DNA of 64,000 nucleotides from Albugo candida. Its lineage: Eukaryota. Below, piece by piece: positions 38,796 through 50,719 of the stretch. Numbering within the stretch: the stretch's first letter is position 1; every line of letters starts with the position of its first letter. The DNA is taken from the NCBI GenBank assembly GCA_040437565.1, contig JBDOQK010000024.1, positions 124,001-188,000 of the forward strand. The letters are read 5' to 3'. The translations under genes and the position numbers were made by a program. The notes beneath the pieces were generated by a model, which searched no databases, was not told the DNA's origin, and saw nothing but the letters and a program-made list of their open reading frames with translations.

Positions 38796-39850
38796 ATGTA
38801 TCCACTTGAAATATACGGGATAACATACGCTGTCCTTTTGCTCGGGGTATTACCAGCATATCATCATTCTGTGTTCGTTGAAACATATCCTAGAACCACC
38901 TACAGAATTCCCTTGATTTGACCAACCTGTAGGTAGCGTATACTGTATTGATTACTCCTCTTCATAGAGAAAATAATTCAAGCTGAGACCATAGCATATT
39001 TGAGAAGAAAAGAAGATCTCCGCTACCAATTTCCCACATTGTCCCAAATATGTTGATGAGAAGCTCTCCACTTGATCATGCATGGTTCATCGAGGAATGG
39101 AGCGACCAAACTTTCCTTTTCATTAATCACGCATTGTAACTACGTTAGTCAAGCTTTCTTCAGTATCGAGTACAAAACTCTGGCGATTTACGCACTACGT
39201 GCTACTATCGCCCTACAAGTAAGAAAAAGTATTTAGAAATAGTCCATCCTACCTCTCACTTTATCGTAAATGTACTTTGCAGGTAGCGTCATTTCAGCAA
39301 GTTGCGAGTATGCGCATACGAATGGTGTAAAAAGTAGTCGAATATGAATTTCTAGATGCCCAGGCTTCTTCATGATAATACGCACAGAAAAGTGTTTCAT
39401 CAATGTACGTGCGTAAGTTTATAAATGGTGGCTCTATATTATATGACAGAATTTGTTAACGACGTAATAGCTATCCCGCATGGGTATTACTGAGCCTAAA
39501 GATATCAGCGAAATGTTGACGGTAGGGCTGGTCAAGATTAACAAATGCTGTATATTACTACGTCAAGCTTCGAGACTTTTGATCGTGATAAGTACAACTG
39601 AGCTCTATTCACCAGGCCTGACAATCTTGATGAAATATTATCTGATGCAACGAAACATCAAATATAGTAAATATTCAGCAACATTTAACAATGACAGAAA
39701 AACGTCCTCGCAAAAAATGACCCAATTGCGATACAAACTCCCCACCATTCGTATTACTTGTCCTTACAAGCTGCTTTGCTTCTTGAGTTTTGCATGGAAA
39801 GAATCCTCTTAGTAACACGGCTCGTGTTACGATCGTTTCTTCTTAGCTTC
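38796..39850 (+). pseudogene. Family P relic P5 (counterpart of P1)
   Basis: ITYAVLLLGVLPAYHH matches P1 KTYAVLVLGMLPASRH; gtatactgtattgatt matches P1 gtatactgtatcgatt; later fragments TKLWRF and DVIAIP. Upstream 38270..38760 matches the reverse complement of about 1040..1530. Confidence 0.6.
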
Positions 39851-42800
39851 AAAGCGTTTGGCGTGTATATTTTCCAAGCACATTTTGACTGGCCCATTTA
39901 CCAATTTGATCTTTAGTCGGTCACGGCATGTTGGCGATTATTCGCTTGCCCACTCTTTCAGATTCGTATCATCGTTTTCATTGCTAATGATAAATCGAAT
40001 CGAAGAAGAAAACAAATTCTAATAGATCGGAGGTGGCTGCGAAAGTGAGTTGTAAAGATGCAGTTGTCGTCGTTTAGAAACCAAGCTTGCCTTGTGTTCG
40101 AGTATCACGNNNNNNNNNNNNNNNNNNNNNNNNNNNNNNNNNNNNNNNNNNNNNNNNNNNNNNNNNNNNNNNNNNNNNNNNNNNNNNNNNNNNNNNNNNN
40201 NNNNNNNNNATCGTTTCTTCTTAGCTTCAAAGCGTTTGGCGTGTATATTTTCCAAGCACATTTTGACTGGCCCATTTACCAATTTGATCTTTAGTCGGTC
40301 ACGGCATGTTGGCGATTATTCGCTTGCCCACTCTTTCAGATTCGTATCATCGTTTTCATTGCTAATGATAAATCGAATCGAAGAAGAAAACAAATTCTAA
40401 TAGATCGGAGGTGGCTGCGAAAGTGAGTTGTAAAGATGCAGTTGTCGTCGTTTAGAAACCAAGCTTGCCTTGTGTTCGAGTATCACGAAACAGGTCCGAT
40501 TAATAAGCATCTGATCATAGAACAGTCTGACCCACGTAACCATTCTTTTGCATGTACGGCTTCCATCAGTGTGCTTTCCAACCTCGTCGCCAGTACTACA
40601 ACATTTTCGGTAGTCGTAATCTGGTTTAGTGATGCCCTACTCAATTGCTCTGACTCGAATACGTCTTGGTGGATTTGGGTCGAGTTCTTTTTGTAGATTG
40701 CGTGAGGAAATCAGTAAGTGATCTTGGCCAGCATGGAATATTCAACTGTAATATATGAGGTTCTAAAAGACTTTCGACAGTTTGTCTACAGATCCTCTTT
40801 GCTTGCCACAGTTGTCATGACTTGAATCCAAAACCAGTCCAACTTTGTGAATCTTGGTAGAAAAAAAGGCGATCGAGACGGTAAGCAACACATCCTGCTG
40901 AATCAATTCAAGCAAGAAAGAGATGTCCAATTGTGAGGCGAATGTTCAGGTTATATGTCAACATAAACCTCAATGTAGTGGTCACAACTTCTCGGTGTGC
41001 TTATAATACCCAGAGCGTACTTACATATCCGGAAAATGGATCAATCATTGTGCTTCAAGGAAGCGTGTACTCCAGCCCCACAATTGTGGCTTACTTTGAT
41101 TACCGAGGCGCTCCTAAGCAGAAGCAAACATCGTAGCTCGCAATGCCCTCGTATAGGCATATATATGCTTTACCTTATGGCTAGTGTTGGGTATCAGTAA
41201 TCCTATTCGTGTTCGCGGATCTCAAGCTATCCTGAACCAGTTGGAGAATGCCCGTTGTGGTCTTAAACAAGTCGGATATGCTAATGAAAAAGACCATAAC
41301 ATTAACACTCAATTGTATCAACCTCATTCAGCATGCGCACTTTCTTTTGCGTACGTAATGTATGCGCTGTGATCACGTATTCTTTTATGTTCTGTAATAA
41401 CGTGCTGGAAACTAGATTCTGATGAGTCATTCTATACAAGGACTAGAAATCGCGCAGAAGATATGACCGACTTCCATTCCATCATTATACTTTATTCATA
41501 GTACAGCGAAGATACATCGGCTACTGGAGCAATGCTTCATTCCGCTCACGGTGTACAAAGACCAAGTAGTCTCATTTGCACATCTAATGCAGGTAAGGAA
41601 ATATGACTGCATTTTCAGCGGAATCAAATTTAGCAGTGCTTGCGTTGAATTCATGAAAAGGATTAATGTGCGCTCTCCTCGGAATAAATAATTGCGAAAA
41701 CTTGTCTACTTTGAGCGAAGTTGACGTCTTGGTAATGCAGGAAAAGAGAATGTACACTGTACAAGGTTTATGTGCAGAAGATACATCCCGCTAGTGCTTC
41801 CTATGATGAGATCTCTAGTTAGCGGACCTTTGAGGGTAGAAGTAGCATGTCATGAGACTACTCGCTGCATCATTGAACGAAGCGGAAACGTTCCCGAATT
41901 AGAGTCAATCAGGTGTGATAGCTTCATAAATATGAAGCGAGCTACTACCTTACGTAGTATGCCTTACGAAACGACCTAACACAATCACTTCTGCAGCATT
42001 CTTGCGCCAGTCACAGAGTATATACACTACAGCTACTAGGGAGAGATATGCCAAACAGACTAACAAAAGCTTTCCGAGTGCACTTTATTGTAAGGGCTAC
42101 TCAATCGTTTGTTGCAACGCAATCGGTTCCAAGTGTACTCAATTTAGAGAATCAATGACAGTAAAAGCTGCCCGCGAATGCATTCTGAATCTGCAAGCGG
42201 TCTGCGGCTGAGTAGGTGGACCGTGTCGAGTTCACCATCCGCTACTTCTGATAGCAACACCCTGCTATGCTCCTTTCCATTTGCAGCCAAAAGGTCAAGA
42301 CAGCAATTTGCTTTCTTCAAAAGAGCCCAAAGCGTTCTGTAATCTGTCAACTAGATTTGTGTCTGCCATCTGTGAATGCGTGAGTACAAACTAACCGAGA
42401 ATTAAGTAATATCCTCTCAAACAGCTCAACGTGGCTGTCAGAATAGCGCCAGCCGCGAAAAAACTTTGCGGAGAATATCAAAGCTGCGTCGTGCACAACA
42501 TGTTGAGCATTATTTGGACGGGCCTAATCGTTATAGCTTAGTATCGGTGGGGCTTCTGAATGAAGTAGATGACATCTTTAGGTATCCACTGATCAGACTA
42601 AAAACTTGAGTTATAGTCATGCGCTCGTCGCCAGTTTAGAGTCGAGCTGTCCCCTCTGTGCCCGAGTGATGAATTTGCAACCTGATTCAGCGTAGGCCAG
42701 GGAAGCTTCAAAAGGGAGTAAATGTAATTATATGTAAGTGTTGATTGATGCATCGGTGAAAGAGAAAAAACAGAGGAGAAAAAGATTTCTATAGTGAATC

Positions 42801-42913
42801 GAGTGCTGCTCGGCTGCACTACGTTCTATTCCAACCCTCACGCAGTAGTGGTCCCCGCTGTTTACCAATGTGAAGACACATCAGCGAGACACTCGTATCG
42901 CAACCTGAGTTTG

Positions 42914-44294
42914 TCATTGTTGTGTTAATGTAGATACGCGGATTAAAGCTCTTGTGCGACGTCGGACTGACGGCTCATTCCCCACCGTCTTATCCGNNNN
43001 NNNNNNNNNNNNNNNNNNNNNNNNNNNNNNNNNNNNNNNNNNNNNNNNNNNNNNNNNNNNNNNNNNNNNNNNNNNNNNNNNNNNNNNNNNNNNNNNTAGA
43101 TACGCGGATTAAAGCTCTTGTGCGACGTCGGACTGACGGCTCATTCCCCACCGTCTTATCCGTTGACTTCTCGGAACGTTCTTTCACGGTTTCAGGAGGT
43201 TGAATGAAGAGATAGTTGATTTCTTCGCCCGTATTTTCCATTATGAGGGAGGAAGCTTTCAAAACTGCAGGACCCAGTACCCATGTTTCTTCCTCAAAGG
43301 ACTTATCCATAAGTAAAGTACACCAATGCGTTTCTTGTTTGAGATAATGTTCGGCTTTGAGGACAATAAAATTATCGACTGAGAAAGTAATCTTCATATC
43401 CAGGAAGGATAATCCAGGCTGGATACTGTCGCAAGTTTCTTCAATTTGAATCCTCTTGCGATTAGGTCGAATTAAAAGCCGATGCTTGGTCAAGAGCTCC
43501 GCTAACATGGCATTATAGTGTGAAGTTGGGAGTTTAATTGCTTCGACGTCAAAATCAATTCGAATTTTCTGGTCTCGCTGCGTTGAACCATGTAAATACA
43601 CCTCAGCTGTAAGATGCTTGTCGAAAAACCGAGCTGCTTTATCTCGTAAAAATTCACGATGTCCACGATTCATCTCATAACCTTTGGTCGCTGTCCACTT
43701 GAGATAATACAATCCTTTATTCCCTGTTAAATAGGTTTGAGTACTCATGTCGAAACCCGTCTCGGTAGTGTATATCAGGTTACTTCGAAGCCATTCTATC
43801 AGATTCAGCCCTGACAGTTTCCAGCCGATCGTGTATACTTCACCATTGATAGTTGCGGGTATGGGCGTTGCCATTCTCCACAGTTTGCCTCTGTCTGTCA
43901 TATCTTCCTCACCTACAGGCACATCCGATGTTGGTAAAAGAGGTACTAACAGATCCTTTCCAGATCCTTTCCGTATTATTGAATTCGTCTGACTTTTCGA
44001 TCTAGGTGATTCACACAATGAAGCAGTCAAATAGGATTTACAGCAATTCCATGTTTTTAAGCAAGTTTGCATGATATTTGCTCCAAAGTCTGATTCGATA
44101 GACATATCGTTGAGGAGCAAAGTGTACTCCTCCGTGATTTCTATCATCTTCTCATGAAAGGGCATGTCCTTCGAGAAACTCAACTCCGGTTTAATTTGCA
44201 CGAGTAAGCCTGACAGAGTGGCCGCACATTGATAATGCACGAAAGATGATCCAAGCCCAAGAATAGCGTACGTTTTAATGGAAAGAGCTCTCAT
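42914..44294 (-). CDS. Family P member P6: intact secreted pepsin-fold pseudo-protease candidate
   Basis: MRALSIKTYAILGLGSSFVHYQCAA signal-like start (in-frame ATG also at 44342). C-lobe pattern RIDFDVEAIKLP..HY...CDSI...LDMKITFS...LKAEHYL...CTLLM...WVLGPAVLK. Stop at 42914 after collapsing the gap overlap. Confidence 0.85.
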
Positions 44295-44445
44295 GCTTTT
44301 TCCTCCAAATCGAGTTTTGAATAATGAAAGACCACTCATCATTTATTGGGGCCATCGTGGTCAACTGCAGCCAGCAAGAAGGAAAGAATTAGTTTGCGTC
44401 CAGTCCAACTTAATAATATAGAATTCGTACTTTGTAACGATCGAT

Positions 44446-45210
44446 GCGCACTTATCGGGTTAAAGTGATACAAAAAGGTGCACTGTACGATTTGTTGCCA
44501 CGGAGAGCTCAGAGCCGTCGCACTCTACGTGAATTGAAAGAATGGTAGCGTTGCTAAGTTCGAGCTAACAACGTGCAGTTTTATCTGTATTTTTTTGGTT
44601 TAAGAATGCTTTGCGTTGTTGTGCTGAAAGCACAAGAATTAACTATACTTACTTCAGCAGTTAAAGGATCTCTGAGCACACTGCGTATACACGATAGCGC
44701 ACCTGAGAATACAATTACGTTGTTAGAGCAAACCACTTGAAAGGATGATGCCGGTTCGGGAAACACCATAAATGAAATACATAAAGTAAGGTAGTGAAGT
44801 TTGTTCTCATCAAGCTACACCTATTGTTTCCTGTTCTGCTTCAGTGTCAGCATTTATTAAGCTTGATCTAATGCTACTGCCAAGACCAACGGCTCAAGGA
44901 ATACTCTGTCAACGAGGGTATTGCCAACCTTTTGCTTTTCTAGTTAATTTCTAGACATGAATAGATGAATATATATTTCTTCAGTCTTGCATTTAAACGT
45001 TATCTATCAGTACTATCTTAGCGCTCAGAACATGTTCTCTTATAGCCTCTTGATCAATACAGACAGAACTGCATGTTGTTAGCTCGAACTTGGCAACGCT
45101 ACCATTCTTTCAGTTCACATAAAGTGCGCTGGCTCTGAACTTTCCGTTGCAACGAATCGTATAGTGCACCTTTTGCACCTTTTTGTACCACGTTAACCCG
45201 ATAAGTGCGC
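44446..45210. repeat. Imperfect inverted repeat (arms about 44446..44590 and 45056..45210) upstream of divergent P6/P7
   Basis: gcgcacttatcgggttaa...gaaagaatggtagcgttgctaagttcgagctaacaac versus gttgttagctcgaacttggcaacgctaccattctttc...ttaacccgataagtgcgc. Confidence 0.85.
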
Positions 45211-45335
45211 TTCTATATTATAAACAAAGTTTATGGTGATTCGTGCTTCATTTTTCCTGGCTGCAGTGGACTTCAATGGTCCAAAAGAACGATGGAGATC
45301 CTCTCGAGCTGAACATACGACAAGAAAAACACAGG

Positions 45336-46160
45336 ATGAAAGCTGTATGTATAAAAAAGTGCACTATCCTGGGCTCGGAGCATCTTTAGTGCATGATCAG
45401 TTGTTGGTCGTACTGGAGGCTGGTGCATTGAGATGAATCGAAATTGAACTGGTTGGATGACAGTCCCTTGCTTGATTGGTTAATGGAGGCGCTTCTTACT
45501 CTATGAGGCTCAAAAATACCCTAGCCGACGTGCAGTCGGATTTATTTGCAAGATGTTCTACCGATATCTTCGAAATCAGAATCTAAAAGACAGGAACGTT
45601 CTGTTTCAATCTGGCAAAAGAGCCGACGTCAACATCCAAGGGCCAAACACACTCGATCTGCTGGAAATTGGTTGAAACAAATTGGAAATTGTGGATTGAT
45701 AGTAATTTGCCGTATGCTTCCAACGACAAGTTCTAAATGAGTACGCAAGCTTTTAGAACAGGAAATCGAAGTCTAACATGCGTTTCGGAAGTCCTGTAGC
45801 CGCACAAGATCGAGGAGCACTTTCGCTTGAGGAATGTCATGCAGCGAATGTTGAATTTTTTTAAATGAAAGGTGACACAAAATGCGAATAGCTTTCGCTG
45901 TAAAAGCTATCAGGATTTCTCAATCTTTATGAATGAAAGTAAAGCTTTTGGATGGGAGTTCAAGATATCCGAAGAGCAGCTCACGGTATTTTCCACCATG
46001 CATATATCGCATCGAGCATCGCCCTGGATATGAATGTAACTTTTTCAAATGACAAATTCATCGATCGAAGATTAGAGGAAGTAAGTACTGTTCTCATCAA
46101 GGAGGAGATGATGAAACATGGGTACTGGGTTCTAGAATTCTAAAAGCTTAATCCATGTCT
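45336..46160 (+). pseudogene. Family P pseudogene P7
   Basis: MKAVCIKKCTILG start remnant; LDMNVTFSNDKFI, STVLIK, DDETWVLGSRILKA in shifting frames. Confidence 0.75.
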
Positions 46161-47445
46161 AAATGAAGCGATGGGTTAAGAGACAAGTACGATACACACC
46201 AACCTTTGCAAGATTGATTTTCAGATTATTGTGTTCTAGATAGGAAGAGTTTACTCGTGATATACGTCCAACATGCGAGGTTCGGACAACTTGACGGCTA
46301 ATCCCTTCTCTCGTCCTAAATGCGATATACTTCAATTGTAAAATGCCCCGCTGCGACGCCACCATTCTAAATGCTGTCACAACCGATGTCAGAGCGAGAG
46401 GAGCCGTCCAGAATTCGCAACCCAAGACATACAGCACGCGTTTTAAGCCAAGATTGCGATAAAAGCGTCTCGAGACGGAGAGAAGCAGACGTTCAAATCC
46501 CGGTCAACGCTGCAAGTTTCGCGCTGAGGATGGCAACAAACAAGTGGAAACATCATAAGATCACTTCATGGTTGTCATCAGAAGTTTTGTGGATGAATAC
46601 GGTTTGGTCTATGTTGAAAAAAATCGATAAGGAGCCGGAATGTTGTGTTGACTTGTCGACATTCGAAAGAAAGGCATTATCAACCGGAACTAGCGGAATG
46701 GGTTAGTTGCTTGGGCAAACCGATTAGAGTAGCTATTATGACAAAGAGAGCACTTGGGAATATTTGTCGAGTCTTGATAGCCCATATCTTGTCGCTTGAC
46801 GAAATTGCACCTTTGCTGAAAGTGGCACAAGGAATGTCAGAAAAGCTGTTACACGCAGACGTTAGTACTGAATTTTTCCTCCTCACTTCCATCGCAAAAG
46901 ATCACTTTGTAGTCAAAAACGGATTTCGTCGACTTTACGGAACATGGCTTCCTCGCCCCAATGAAGTTTTGTACGGAATTGGGTACGAAGGAGATGACAT
47001 GGCTTTGTGCTTGTTTGTAGAATTGCTGCCCTAAAGCTTCGATTAAGATGAATCTGATTTGGCGCATCAACAAGTTTGGCTCGTCCTTCAAAGTCTTTTT
47101 GCAGGATACGTCAAGGAAAAGGGACCGCTTGGTGAATAACCTCCAATAATCTGATCAGCTGGTGGATCGCTTATCAAGAAACAGATGGAGCTATACCAAA
47201 AGTACGTAATTATTGCTCGAAGGTACTAAAGTGACTCCATTTGCGCTCAGACCATTCGAAAAGTGGCGATGGAGNNNNNNNNNNNNNNNNNNNNNNNNNN
47301 NNNNNNNNNNNNNNNNNNNNNNNNNNNNNNNNNNNNNNNNNNNNNNNNNNNNNNNNNNNNNNNNNNNNNNNNNNGAATTGCTGTAAATCCTATTTGACTG
47401 CTTCATTGTGTGAATCACCTAGATCGAAAAGTCAGACGAATTCAA

Positions 47446-50400
47446 TCTAGGTGATTCACACAATGAAGCAGTCAAATAGGATTTACAGCAATTCCATGTT
47501 TTTAAGCAAGTTTGCATGATATTTGCTCCAAAGTCTGATTCGATAGACATATCGTTGAGGAGCAAAGTGTACTCCTCCGTGATTTCTATCATCTTCTCAT
47601 GAAAGGGCATGTCCTTCGAGAAACTCAACTCCGGTTTAATTTGCACGAGTAAGCCTGACAGAGTGGCCGCACATTGATAATGCACGAAAGATGATCCAAG
47701 CCCAAGAATAGCGTACGTTTTAATGGAAAGAGCTCTCATGCTTTTTCCTCCAAATCGAGTTTTGAATAATGAAAGACCACTCATCATTTATTGGGGCCAT
47801 CGTGGTCAACTGCAGCCAGCAAGAAGGAAAGAATTAGTTTGCGTCCAGTCCAACTTAATAATATAGAATTCGTACTTTGTAACGATCGATGCGCACTTAT
47901 CGGGTTAAAGTGATACAAAAAGGTGCACTGTACGATTTGTTGCCACGGAGAGCTCAGAGCCGTCGCACTCTACGTGAATTGAAAGAATGGTAGCGTTGCT
48001 AAGTTCGAGCTAACAACGTGCAGTTTTATCTGTATTTTTTTGGTTTAAGAATGCTTTGCGTTGTTGTGCTGAAAGCACAAGAATTAACTATACTTACTTC
48101 AGCAGTTAAAGGATCTCTGAGCACACTGCGTATACACGATAGCGCACCTGAGAATACAATTACGTTGTTAGAGCAAACCACTTGAAAGGATGATGCCGGT
48201 TCGGGAAACACCATAAATGAAATACATAAAGTAAGGTAGTGAAGTTTGTTCTCATCAAGCTACACCTATTGTTTCCTGTTCTGCTTCAGTGTCAGCATTT
48301 ATTAAGCTTGATCTAATGCTACTGCCAAGACCAACGGCTCAAGGAATACTCTGTCAACGAGGGTATTGCCAACCTTTTGCTTTTCTAGTTAATTTCTAGA
48401 CATGAATAGATGAATATATATTTCTTCAGTCTTGCATTTAAACGTTATCTATCAGTACTATCTTAGCGCTCAGAACATGTTCTCTTATAGCCTCTTGATC
48501 AATACAGACAGAACTGCATGTTGTTAGCTCGAACTTGGCAACGCTACCATTCTTTCAGTTCACATAAAGTGCGCTGGCTCTGAACTTTCCGTTGCAACGA
48601 ATCGTATAGTGCACCTTTTGCACCTTTTTGTACCACGTTAACCCGATAAGTGCGCTTCTATATTATAAACAAAGTTTATGGTGATTCGTGCTTCATTTTT
48701 CCTGGCTGCAGTGGACTTCAATGGTCCAAAAGAACGATGGAGATCCTCTCGAGCTGAACATACGACAAGAAAAACACAGGATGAAAGCTGTATGTATAAA
48801 AAAGTGCACTATCCTGGGCTCGGAGCATCTTTAGTGCATGATCAGTTGTTGGTCGTACTGGAGGCTGGTGCATTGAGATGAATCGAAATTGAACTGGTTG
48901 GATGACAGTCCCTTGCTTGATTGGTTAATGGAGGCGCTTCTTACTCTATGAGGCTCAAAAATACCCTAGCCGACGTGCAGTCGGATTTATTTGCAAGATG
49001 TTCTACCGATATCTTCGAAATCAGAATCTAAAAGACAGGAACGTTCTGTTTCAATCTGGCAAAAGAGCCGACGTCAACATCCAAGGGCCAAACACACTCG
49101 ATCTGCTGGAAATTGGTTGAAACAAATTGGAAATTGTGGATTGATAGTAATTTGCCGTATGCTTCCAACGACAAGTTCTAAATGAGTACGCAAGCTTTTA
49201 GAACAGGAAATCGAAGTCTAACATGCGTTTCGGAAGTCCTGTAGCCGCACAAGATCGAGGAGCACTTTCGCTTGAGGAATGTCATGCAGCGAATGTTGAA
49301 TTTTTTTAAATGAAAGGTGACACAAAATGCGAATAGCTTTCGCTGTAAAAGCTATCAGGATTTCTCAATCTTTATGAATGAAAGTAAAGCTTTTGGATGG
49401 GAGTTCAAGATATCCGAAGAGCAGCTCACGGTATTTTCCACCATGCATATATCGCATCGAGCATCGCCCTGGATATGAATGTAACTTTTTCAAATGACAA
49501 ATTCATCGATCGAAGATTAGAGGAAGTAAGTACTGTTCTCATCAAGGAGGAGATGATGAAACATGGGTACTGGGTTCTAGAATTCTAAAAGCTTAATCCA
49601 TGTCTAAATGAAGCGATGGGTTAAGAGACAAGTACGATACACACCAACCTTTGCAAGATTGATTTTCAGATTATTGTGTTCTAGATAGGAAGAGTTTACT
49701 CGTGATATACGTCCAACATGCGAGGTTCGGACAACTTGACGGCTAATCCCTTCTCTCGTCCTAAATGCGATATACTTCAATTGTAAAATGCCCCGCTGCG
49801 ACGCCACCATTCTAAATGCTGTCACAACCGATGTCAGAGCGAGAGGAGCCGTCCAGAATTCGCAACCCAAGACATACAGCACGCGTTTTAAGCCAAGATT
49901 GCGATAAAAGCGTCTCGAGACGGAGAGAAGCAGACGTTCAAATCCCGGTCAACGCTGCAAGTTTCGCGCTGAGGATGGCAACAAACAAGTGGAAACATCA
50001 TAAGATCACTTCATGGTTGTCATCAGAAGTTTTGTGGATGAATACGGTTTGGTCTATGTTGAAAAAAATCGATAAGGAGCCGGAATGTTGTGTTGACTTG
50101 TCGACATTCGAAAGAAAGGCATTATCAACCGGAACTAGCGGAATGGGTTAGTTGCTTGGGCAAACCGATTAGAGTAGCTATTATGACAAAGAGAGCACTT
50201 GGGAATATTTGTCGAGTCTTGATAGCCCATATCTTGTCGCTTGACGAAATTGCACCTTTGCTGAAAGTGGCACAAGGAATGTCAGAAAAGCTGTTACACG
50301 CAGACGTTAGTACTGAATTTTTCCTCCTCACTTCCATCGCAAAAGATCACTTTGTAGTCAAAAACGGATTTCGTCGACTTTACGGAACATGGCTTCCTCG

Positions 50401-50719
50401 CCCCAATGAAGTTTTGTACGGAATTGGGTACGAAGGAGATGACATGGCTTTGTGCTTGTTTGTAGAATTGCTGCCCTAAAGCTTCGATTAAGATGAATCT
50501 GATTTGGCGCATCAACAAGTTTGGCTCGTCCTTCAAAGTCTTTTTGCAGGATACGTCAAGGAAAAGGGACCGCTTGGTGAATAACCTCCAATAATCTGAT
50601 CAGCTGGTGGATCGCTTATCAAGAAACAGATGGAGCTATACCAAAAGTACGTAATTATTGCTCGAAGGTACTAAAGTGACTCCATTTGCGCTCAGACCAT
50701 TCGAAAAGTGGCGATGGAG
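47446..50719 (+). repeat. Apparently identical copy of 44001..47274 across a gap (probable assembly overlap)
   Basis: All ORFs repeat at a constant offset of 3445 with identical translations; the copies are separated by gap 47275..47374. Confidence 0.9.

Noticed and set aside
36775-40487. Direct repeats flanking gaps (36775..37236/37337..37798, 39831..40109/40210..40487; similar at 15.3, 43.0, 54.6 and 57.7 kb)
   Set aside because: Exact overlaps either side of fixed-size gaps; scaffolding artefacts. ORFs reading through N runs are unreliable.
43980-44100. Cys cluster in P6/P9 as an Albugo CHxC/CCG effector motif, or RxLR/CRN motifs
   Set aside because: Spacing does not fit CHxC or CxxCxxxxxG, Cys positions are not conserved across the family, and no RxLR-dEER or LFLAK follows the signal region.
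47375-47500. Inverted repeat inside the P6 copy
   Set aside because: 47375..47445 is the reverse complement of 43979..44049 and starts at a gap; fold-back artefact.
44001-50719. 3.3-kb exact tandem duplication (extra P6 5' end, P7 and X copies)
   Set aside because: Identical copies either side of a 100-N gap with a fold-back at the contig edge; most likely an unmerged contig overlap. Read depth would decide. Not counted as extra genes.
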